Assembly: GCA_963711835.1 (NCBI GenBank)
Contig: CAVQFQ010000014.1
Coordinates: forward strand, 1 to 57,366
DNA: 57,366 nt
Direction of reading: 5' to 3'
Source of the DNA: an uncultured delta proteobacterium
GTDB lineage: Bacteria; Desulfobacterota; RBG-13-43-22
The position numbers and the translations under genes are program-made. Positions within the stretch are counted from its first letter, which is position 1. Every line of letters starts with the position of its first letter. Shown here one piece after another: positions 49,925 through 57,366 of this stretch. Under the pieces are notes generated by a model, which saw only the letters and a program-made list of their open reading frames with translations, searched no databases and was not told the origin of the DNA.

Positions 49925-50816
49925 ATGATGACCAATTGGTATGACAAAACGATCCAAGCCCTTCAACTCAACGGCAAAGGGGAACGCACCCAGGAAGCCT
50001 ACGCCCGCTCCGTCCGCATGCTCACCCAGTTCTATGACAAAACTCCTGATTCCATCAGCGAACAGGAACTCCAGGATTATTTCCTTCAACGGAAAAACGT
50101 CGATAAGTGGGCTCCCAATACCATGCGGATCTGCTATTGCGGCATACGCTTCTTTTTCGAAAAAGTACTCCAGCGCAACTGGCACATCCTCGGAATCCTC
50201 CGAGCCCAAACCGAACGAAGACTCCCGGCCGTCTTGAGCGTTGAAGAAGTCCGTAAACTCCTGGCTCAGGTTAAAACCTTCCAGAACTATGCCTATCTTT
50301 CCACCGTCTACTCCTGCGGTCTGAGACTTCAGGAAGGACTCTATCTCGAAGTCTCCGATATCGACAGCGATCGGATGATGATCCATGTCCACCGGGGCAA
50401 GGGCGCCAAAGATCGCTACGTCCCTCTACCCCAATCCACCCTTAGCCTGCTTCGTCGCTATTGGGTCACCCACCGCCATTCTGCTCTTCTCTTCCCGGCC
50501 ATCGGCCGAACCAGACAAGGGGTCCAAGGAGGCTAAGACTCCTATGGCCAAAAGCAGTGTCCAGGGGGCCTTTCGTCGAGCCAAGTTTGCTGCCGGAATC
50601 CACAAAAAAATGGTCTCCGTTCATACCCTCCGGCACTCTTATGCCACTCATCTTCTCGAGGCCGGCGTCAACCTGCGGGTCATCCAAAGATACATGGGAC
50701 ATGGCCAATTGGAAACGACCATGGTCTATTTGCATCTCACTCAAAAAGGTCAGGAGGATGCCTGCCAGTTGATCAATCAGGTGATGGGGGGCTTAGACCA
50801 TGACCACCATCAATGA
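49925..50816 (+). CDS. Tyrosine recombinase (IntI/Xer-like, lacking the IntI-specific insertion), frameshift near 50510
   Basis: N-terminal SAM-like domain, [35 protein letters not shown]. Confidence 0.93.
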
Positions 50817-51901
50817 GATCTTCCGAACCTTCGGCCCCCAGTACCTGGAGCGCTACGGTCAGACTATGCCCAAAATACACCGTCAAGGTCATCGAGGCCA
50901 TCATCGGCTGTCGTACCGACGCCTGCGGCCTCGTCCTATACCAGTGTGAAAAATGCGGCCAGTCCCATCTGGTTTATCGCTCCTGCGGCAATCGCCATTG
51001 CCCCACTTGTCAGTATCATAAAATCCAGCAGTGGCTGGACAAACAGATGAAACATCAACTTCCCGGACACCATTTCATGATCACCTTTACCGTCCCTGAA
51101 CAGCTTCGCCGCTTTATCCGCAAAAACCAGAGGGTGGCCTACTCCGCCCTGTTCAAAGCCTCCTCCGAGGCCATCAAGAAGCTGGCTCCGGATGAAAAGT
51201 ACATCGGCGGTGATCTTCCGGGATTCCTCGGGGTCCTTCATACCTGGGGACGAACCTTGGAGTATCACCCCCATATCCATTACATCGTTCCCGGCGGCGC
51301 CCTCTCCACCACCGACAGTCTCTGGCATCCCTCCAGGATCGATTTTTATCTCCCGGTCAGAGCCCTCTCCAAAATCTTTAAGGCCAAGTTCCGCGAGGCC
51401 ATGAAAAAAGCCGGCCTCTTCGATCAAATCCCTCCTGAGGTCTGGCAGCTCGACTGGAACGTCAACTCTCAAGCCGTCGGTTCCTCCGAAGCCAGCCTCA
51501 AATACCTCGCCCCTTATGTCTTCAAAGTGGCTATCTCCAATAGCCGCATCATCAAGGTGGAAAACAACACCGTTTTCTTCCGATACACCAAACCCCACAG
51601 CCGACGGTTACGGACTATGGCCCTCGATGCCCTGGAGTTCATCCGCCGTTTCCTTCAGCACGTCCTGCCCACCGGATTCATGAAAATCCGCTATTACGGC
51701 TTCATGAACCCCAATTGCTCCGTCCCATTCGAAAAAATCTCCACCCTCATCCAAATGGCCTATGCCTTCTCCTTGGAGATGCCCGACTATCCCGAAAGCC
51801 CTCCCAAGACCCCAATCTGTCCCAACTGCGGCGGTACCCTCCGATACCTCGTATCCTTCATCCCGGGTCTTACGCCTCAATTGACCTTGGACAGTTCTTG
51901 A
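50800..51901 (+). CDS. IS91-family rolling-circle (Y2 HUH) transposase, frameshift near 50880
   Basis: Zn-binding [58 protein letters not shown]. Confidence 0.94.
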
Positions 51902-52163
51902 ACGGTCTGTCCTGAGACCCTTCTTCTTAAACCCAAAATGTCAAAGAACTAAAGCGGTAGGGACCTCTATGTCCTGAGTCTGAAAAACCAATTGATTCTT
52001 CTAAATGATCGGTGAACCAATGACGAGGTGTACTTTCTTAAAGCACTTTCCCTGTCCTCTTCCGGCCTTCGGGATCTGACTACCCCCCCTCTGATCTACT
52101 TCCCAGCTTCTCCCACTTCGAACCTTTACCCTATATTACTTCTTCAAAATTTCGTCCGGGCTT

Positions 52164-52220
52164 CTTGAACAATGGATTGAAACGACCTTTCAGGATCGTC
52201 TCAATCCTTATTGGTTAGGC
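52164..52220. other. attC-like hairpin at the element's right end
   Basis: CTTGAAC-AAT-GGATTGA-A-ACGA..TCGT-C-TCAATCC-TT-ATT-G-GTTAGGC. Confidence 0.7.
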
Positions 52221-52232
52221 GAGTACTCAATG

Positions 52233-53828
52233 TTACAGTCCTAACAGTTGAGGAATACTTCCATTTGCGTAACGAGCCAGATAAATCCCTGGTCCTATTC
52301 TGCAGCACACTAAAGTTGTTGGCATTGCTGGGTTGCTAATAAAAACCACCAGTACGTTAGGGCCAGCCCCTAAGGATTGTTCTGTTATTGCCCAAGCTTT
52401 AAGTGTGGTTTTTCCACTGCCTATTGTAATCAGGCTAATTGTGCTTTTGAATAACTCATAAGGGCTGCTGTACTCTCCAGGAGCGTCAATGTTTAGTTTT
52501 TTGAAAAACAGCATTGCCTTGTCACGATTGACAATGCCAGTTATGTTATCAAGCAAGGGTTCTAAACTCTGATGACCATGAGAATAACTTTGGCTTATTT
52601 CTGAGGGATTGCCTTCATAACTGACACTCAAATTCTGCAAAGGCAACTCGCGAACTTCTGACACCACAAAGCTTGGTGTAGTGGGTGGTGTTTGGCTCGG
52701 TTGTTTTGGTTGACTTTCGCTTGATTGAATTGTGGACTGCTTTTTACCGATCTTAACCCGACCTTTTCGGTCAACCTCGGATCCGCAGTATGGACAAATT
52801 CCACCACCCAACAAGGCGTGCCGGAAACTGGTCGGCCCTTTATATTTCGGCAGCGTCTGGCCGCAATGGCCGCATTTGGGTGGCCGTGAAAACACGATGA
52901 TGCAAGTGAATAGCAGACAGAAGAGTATTCCACCGATGGGCGTGAAAACGATCCAGGTGATCAAATACGTGATCGATAATCCCAAAAACAATACTCCCAG
53001 GGAACGTGTCTTCGCCTTAATCAAGGCGATCAGTCCTGTAACCACGCCGATCAAAGGAAGCAGGGTGGTGGCAAAGAGAAGTGCGGTGATGGTGGAAGGA
53101 GACCAAGCAGGAGGCGGGGGCAGTCTTGGCAGATTCATGGACGTTCGTCCTATTGTTGAAGAGCCAACACCAATGTTAAGTTCATTCAGTACGATATGAA
53201 CTTGAGGAGCCTTTGCTTGGACTGAAAGACTCGATGCCTGGCCGATTACCGATAGATTGAAATTGGCATAGAACTCTTTTGGACGCCTCAATGCATCATA
53301 GATGGCCCAAATCCACGCGACCGGTGTCCAGAAACCTATCGAGACCACAAAAAGACCAAGGTTTACCCAGAATTTCAAGTGGTCTTTCTTGTAGGTGTAG
53401 CACCAAGTCCAGAAACCCAGGAAAACGGCGAGAAGTACTGCAGTGCCCTTTTTTTTTGATTTTAAAGTGCGTGGACTTTCTCGTTCTTCTATTCGGACAC
53501 TTTCAACAAATTGTTGTGGTTTGATCTGTGTTGCTAATACTTCTTTCAAATAAACGACATATATTTGTTTGCCAAATGCTGACCCGTTTTCTACTAAACC
53601 ATTTGCCTCTGTTAATTTAATTCCTTGACCCATTAAATTAGCGAAAGCATAAGAAAACATATGCGATGGCCATTCACCTCTAACATTATGCATGATTATT
53701 TTAGGCATGATTGTCTGCGATAAGCAAGCTGGACGTAAAGAATTAATTATCGTATATTCAGTATTGGAAGGTAAAACTCCACCATCATGGATGTAAATAT
53801 GAATCTCCCTAATTTGTTCTTGTGCCAT
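52233..53828 (-). CDS. Hypothetical multi-TM protein with CxxC pairs (cassette gene)
   Basis: 531-aa ORF, RBS AGGAG, KKKGTAVLLAVFLGFWTW.YTY TM2-like segment, CGHC and CPYC; flanked by attC sites. Confidence 0.7.
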   Translation of the reverse strand: MAQEQIREIHIYIHDGGVLPSNTEYTIINSLRPACLSQTIMPKIIMHNVRGEWPSHMFSYAFANLMGQGIKLTEANGLVENGSAFGKQIYVVYLKEVLATQIKPQQFVESVRIEERESPRTLKSKKKGTAVLLAVFLGFWTWCYTYKKDHLKFWVNLGLFVVSIGFWTPVAWIWAIYDALRRPKEFYANFNLSVIGQASSLSVQAKAPQVHIVLNELNIGVGSSTIGRTSMNLPRLPPPPAWSPSTITALLFATTLLPLIGVVTGLIALIKAKTRSLGVLFLGLSITYLITWIVFTPIGGILFCLLFTCIIVFSRPPKCGHCGQTLPKYKGPTSFRHALLGGGICPYCGSEVDRKGRVKIGKKQSTIQSSESQPKQPSQTPPTTPSFVVSEVRELPLQNLSVSYEGNPSEISQSYSHGHQSLEPLLDNITGIVNRDKAMLFFKKLNIDAPGEYSSPYELFKSTISLITIGSGKTTLKAWAITEQSLGAGPNVLVVFISNPAMPTTLVCCRIGPGIYLARYANGSIPQLLGL

Positions 53829-53862
53829 AATAAATAGACTCCTAATAATATTTTGAAGTGCC

Positions 53863-53920
53863 GCCTAACGATGAAAATCACCCGGAGAGCAAGCGATCGG
53901 GTGCATTTGCCTGGTTGGGC
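53863..53920 (-). other. attC site (58 bp)
   Basis: Minus strand GCCCAAC-CAGGCA-AATGCACC-CG...CG-GGTGATT-TTCATC-GTTAGGC. Confidence 0.85.
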
Positions 53921-53960
53921 ATTATCATGATTCTATGGACGTCCTCCTGCCCCTTCACGG

Positions 53961-53988
53961 CTTGTCAATTGCGTAGGTCTGACCCCCC
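53961..53988. repeat. Single GGGGTCAGACCT-type REP-like motif
   Basis: CTTGTCAATTGCGTAGGTCTGACCCC; motif type recalled from RAYT-associated repeats; single copy here. Confidence 0.4.
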
Positions 53989-54023
53989 ATATATTCCCTA
54001 ATTGTTTATAACTTTGCAAATTA

Positions 54024-55013
54024 TCAGTTCCGAAGAAGCCGAACACTATAACCACACTTGCGATAGCTATGGCTTATCGTAGCTGTTCTGGGGTAGGTGC
54101 AGCAGTTGAAATGCCACGCATCGGCATCACTGTAGGCTGTAGAGCTCCAAAAGAAGGCAATATTTTCAATGTCGGAGAACTTTCCATCATCGTAGCACTG
54201 ACCGGCCAACAAAGCGTTGAAACCACAACTACCGCCCTCTTTTACTGCATTATAAACTCTATTGCCATTACCGCCCAAAAACATGTAAAGTATTTCCCAC
54301 TCTTCTTTTGTGGGCAAATGCCAACCAGGCGGGCAAACATTTATCGCTGCCTCCCAAGTATATAGCCTGCCGTACCGTTTTAAATTTTCTGGCTTGTTTT
54401 CATTGCACCATGAAGTTCTGTCTATTGTTAAAAATACACCAAGTATTTTCTTAGTTCCGTTCTTGGTTTCAACATTCAAATTTTCAGCCATCCACACCTG
54501 ATTTCCGATCTTTAGAGTTTTATAGACTTGTCTGTCTCTCGGATCAACAAATGAATCATTCGACAAGAGTGTAGTAATCTCTTGGCGAAGCTCCTTCAGG
54601 ACGGCTTTCTTTTGTGTGTAAACCTGCAATTGGGTTAACGTCGGAGCCGCTGTTTCAACCTCGATTAGGGCGTTTAGCGTTGTATCCAGTGAGGTTTCAA
54701 TCTTATGGAGAGCATCAAGATGGCTGGCATCTGCTTTGTTTCCAACCGATTGCAACGCTGCTAACCCGAGTCGTTGCAATTCTGCTGAGGTCGCCTCGCT
54801 ACATAGAATGGCTCGGAAGTAGTCAGGAAGGAATTCGATTCCTCTGTGATCCGCTAACCTATTGAGGTGTGAAATTATCATCGGAATCTCTTGCAGATTA
54901 AGTAGTGATTTCGTTTCCAGTCGAGCTTGAAGCTCTTTGGCGAGCCCGTCTACATCTCCCTTTTTCTTAAGCTGTTTGACACTTGGTTTTAACCATCTGC
55001 TTAGGAATGCCAT
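54024..55013 (-). CDS. FISUMP (Fib_succ_major) domain protein with helical N-terminus
   Basis: FVDPRD.QVYKT.KIGNQVWMAENLN, YGRLYTW.AA..CPPGWHLPT..EW, FWSST, GYSVR. Confidence 0.88.
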   Translation of the reverse strand: MAFLSRWLKPSVKQLKKKGDVDGLAKELQARLETKSLLNLQEIPMIISHLNRLADHRGIEFLPDYFRAILCSEATSAELQRLGLAALQSVGNKADASHLDALHKIETSLDTTLNALIEVETAAPTLTQLQVYTQKKAVLKELRQEITTLLSNDSFVDPRDRQVYKTLKIGNQVWMAENLNVETKNGTKKILGVFLTIDRTSWCNENKPENLKRYGRLYTWEAAINVCPPGWHLPTKEEWEILYMFLGGNGNRVYNAVKEGGSCGFNALLAGQCYDDGKFSDIENIAFFWSSTAYSDADAWHFNCCTYPRTATISHSYRKCGYSVRLLRN

Positions 55014-55077
55014 AGTTACTCCTTTTGGAATTGGTTGAGAAAATCGCCGCTTAGCGAGTTGTTTCCAGAACTCCGTG

Positions 55078-56202
55078 TTATCGTTGAGCCCCAGCTTGCC
55101 TGAGCAGTCCTACAATTTCTGTTTGCCTATTCTCTACTGCCATCATTAAAGCTGTCCTGCCACCATTGTCCAAAGTGTGCACATTAGCTCCTTTTGCAAG
55201 TAAAAGTTTTACAATTTCTGGTTGCCCCTCCTTAACTGCCTGCATTAAAACTGTCCAGCCACCTAAATAATACATAGCGTTTACATCGGCTCCTTTAGTA
55301 AGAAGAAATTCTACAATTTCTTTATGTCCTCGCGCTGAAGCAAACATTAAAGCTGACATACCATGTTCATCCCTAACGTTTACATCGGCTCCTTTGGTAA
55401 TTAGTAATGTTACGGTTTCATTATGCCCTTCACGGGCAGCACACATTAAAGCTGTAAAACCAAATGTATCACTTTTTACATTGATGTCAGTGCCGTTATT
55501 AAGGTATTCTTTAATTGCATTGGTGTCACCTTTTTCTGCTGCTTTAAAAATATCCATTGTTTCCTCTACTTTTACTCCACCAATCTGATTAAGCGCATTC
55601 TGCACCTCTTCACGGACGTATTCATTATTGTCTGCAATTATTGCTTTAAGGGGTTCAATTGCCCTTTGATCACCTATTTTTCCCAGAGCATAAGCTGCCC
55701 ATCTTCGACAAGCACCTTCATTATCTTTGAGTGCTGCTATTAGTTTATCAACAGCTCGATTATCACCAATATCCCCCAATGCACGCGCTGCCTCGTATCG
55801 AATATTTTCACTTTTATCATCCAATGAGAGAATAAGTGGTTCTATAGCTCTTTTATCTCTTAATGTCCCAAGAGAACTTGCTGCTGCAGAACGAATTAAA
55901 TAATCAATGCGTTGATCTTCATCTTCGCGTTTCAATACTTCGATGAGTGGTTCAACAGCTCTAAGGTCACCCAAGTCTCCCAGTTCTTGTATGGCGTTTA
56001 GGCGTATACGACCATCCTTATTTTTTAGGTCGGAGATGAATTTTATTACCCCCTTGGGATCATCAGACACTGTAACTGTTTTATCACTAGTCAGCCTTGC
56101 TCTCTCAGCTTGAACTGTGCCCACACCCTTTTCTTTGCTATTTGTTGTTTGCTTGGTTTCACTACCTTGATTATTGCCAAAAAGTCTAGAAAGTAAAGAC
56201 AT
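55078..56202 (-). CDS. HEAT (PBS-lyase-like) repeat + ankyrin repeat protein
   Basis: Repeated R..AA.ALG.IGD.RAIEPLI units, then G.TALM.A...GH..IV..LL.KGADVN units. Confidence 0.92.
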   Translation of the reverse strand: MSLLSRLFGNNQGSETKQTTNSKEKGVGTVQAERARLTSDKTVTVSDDPKGVIKFISDLKNKDGRIRLNAIQELGDLGDLRAVEPLIEVLKREDEDQRIDYLIRSAAASSLGTLRDKRAIEPLILSLDDKSENIRYEAARALGDIGDNRAVDKLIAALKDNEGACRRWAAYALGKIGDQRAIEPLKAIIADNNEYVREEVQNALNQIGGVKVEETMDIFKAAEKGDTNAIKEYLNNGTDINVKSDTFGFTALMCAAREGHNETVTLLITKGADVNVRDEHGMSALMFASARGHKEIVEFLLTKGADVNAMYYLGGWTVLMQAVKEGQPEIVKLLLAKGANVHTLDNGGRTALMMAVENRQTEIVGLLRQAGAQR

Positions 56203-56225
56203 AAGAACCTCCTTTGTTATTTACT

Positions 56226-56573
56226 GCCTAATGGGCGCCGGTTCACCTGCGGAACCGAGGACAAATTTATTTGTACGAGGGGGCGTCAGGTGCAACCGAA
56301 AAAGGGGACGTTCGTGCAGAACGTGCATAAAATATAGCCCGCTATTTATAATAACGTCTTCGTGTCTAATCCATGATTTTGTTTGCGGGACCTCGACAGG
56401 CCCGCCCATCGGTCACCTCGGGATAACACGCCTCTCAACCTGTCCCATGGCATGAGGCAAAACCCCTGGGGTATTTAACCTTGCTAACCTTGGCATGGTT
56501 ATCTATTAACCCATTCCCTATAAGCCCTCAAGCAATCCCTGCACGAACGTCCCGCTTTAATGACTGGTTATAT
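56226..56573 (-). other. attC site interrupted by an insertion
   Basis: R'' ATATAAC (56573-56567); L'' GTTGCACC, L' GGTGAAC and R' ATTAGGC (56298-56226); about 262 bp in between. Confidence 0.65.
56299..56560 (-). mobile_element. Miniature RAYT-derived element (REP IRs around a transposase 5' remnant)
   Basis: 15-bp IR GGGACGTTCGTGCAG at both ends; from 56496 the minus strand reads MPRLARLNTPGVL.H, a RAYT-type N-terminus. Confidence 0.7.
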
Positions 56574-56655
56574 TGCGTTTTCTGATCAATGATCAGTTAT
56601 TTCCAGCATTACATCTTAGAAGAACTCCACACCTGATGACTAATCAGTATATCCA

Positions 56656-57308
56656 TTATCTCATATGAGTTCTTGATTTTCCGTCGTACCAATCAATGAA
56701 TTCATCGTTGAAGACGGTTTGATGCGTTTTCATGAATTCGAAGATATCGCCACGAGCTTTCTTGGTTTCATAAATCTGCGAAATGTTCTTTATGTGCTTC
56801 CTAATTTCCCTATCTTGACGACGGGTAAAACTAAACTTGTTTAATAGCTTTGCGGCCCGTTCGCAGGCATCACCGTAAGAGGCGCTTTCACCGAACTCGT
56901 CGATCAATGCATCAAGTACCGGTTCTGATAAAGAGGTATTCTTTGCGACATGTTCAACGATTTTCCAACAGGATTTTTCAATTTCATTTTCATTGAACCT
57001 TACCGCCTGCATATCAGCTATCATTCCCATCGAAGCCTTAGATATCATTACCGGCAAGATTTCCACCTTCCTACAATATGCAAACCTGTCTCTTGTTGGC
57101 AAAAAAAGGATGTTGTGAACTCAGGAGTAAGCAGGGGAAGGAATAGGTCACATTTCTCAAGCGCCTTTAAGATTTCAGCTGGCCAGACAGTCTGGGGTGG
57201 GATATCCTCGTGAGCTAAGAAACAATTGAATCCGTAGGTAGCCAGGAAAGCCTTTACTTTTCCAGCCGTTTTCTTGATGTCAGATGAATAGCTTATAAAT
57301 GTGTCCAT
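56656..57308 (-). CDS. TIR domain protein (cassette gene), frameshift near 57090
   Basis: TFISYSS, CFLAHEDI, W..EI..AL..CD.F.PLLT..F..S.FCQQETG.A with the catalytic Glu; RBS GAGGAGG. Confidence 0.88.
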
Positions 57309-57326
57309 TTGGACAACCTCCTCGTC

Positions 57327-57366
57327 ATATAAGACAAGGCTAAGGGGAGCGGCGGCTTTTTGCCGC
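57327..57366 (-). other. Right half of an attC, cut by the window edge
   Basis: Minus strand GCGGC-AAAAA-GCCGC..CCCTTAGCCTTGT-CTTATAT just upstream of the TIR RBS; TTATAT complements R'' ATATAAC of the same cassette. Confidence 0.55.

Larger units (their letters stand above)
49761..52214 (+). mobile_element. Tyrosine recombinase + IS91-family transposase element
   Basis: Two-gene unit bounded by G|TTCAAGTAAGCC and GGCTTCTTGAAC-hairpin-G|TTAGGC; composition differs from the AT-rich flanks. Confidence 0.85.

Noticed and set aside
49925-50816. Integron integrase intI
   Set aside because: Lacks the IntI-specific insertion before the HxLRH box, is coupled to an IS91 transposase, and sits at the distal end of the array
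54024-54170. Second DGR variable region in the FISUMP C-terminus
   Set aside because: CLec-like fold, but the NNC codon bias is weak and there is no IMH-like tract with GC hairpin
55020-55085. attC between the HEAT/ankyrin and FISUMP genes
   Set aside because: A GATAAC and a weak hairpin are present but no matching GTT R' box; at best a decayed site

Overview
The window looks like a Desulfobacterota-type (deltaproteobacterial) chromosome segment from an indel-prone assembly: many conserved genes, even efp, are split by 1-nt frameshifts. Left to right it has six parts. (1) A GC-rich RND-permease end that joins abruptly to a different sequence type near 1070. (2) A PIF1-type helicase, an orphan tRNA-Leu-like 3' end with terminator, and a DUF1566/Lcl gene whose 3' end looks like a diversity-generating retroelement (DGR) variable region; no template repeat or RT is in the window. 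(3) A housekeeping block: rimI, PTS-Ntr, rpoN, lptCAB, kdsAC, pyrG, larE, mrp, ftsB-like, efp, core methionine synthase, mfd, purB. (4) A toxin-antitoxin hotspot. (5) A minus-strand surface-polysaccharide cluster invaded by self-promotered TA modules separated by a shuffled set of hairpin repeats, with broken glycosylation genes in between. (6) A minus-strand integron-like attC cassette array (TIR, HEAT/ankyrin, FISUMP, membrane protein) without a canonical intI. One attC has a tyrosine recombinase + IS91-type HUH transposase element inserted exactly at a G|TT, with an attC-like terminal hairpin; another attC is split by a RAYT-derived miniature element. All calls come from motif recognition by eye; no database searches were run.
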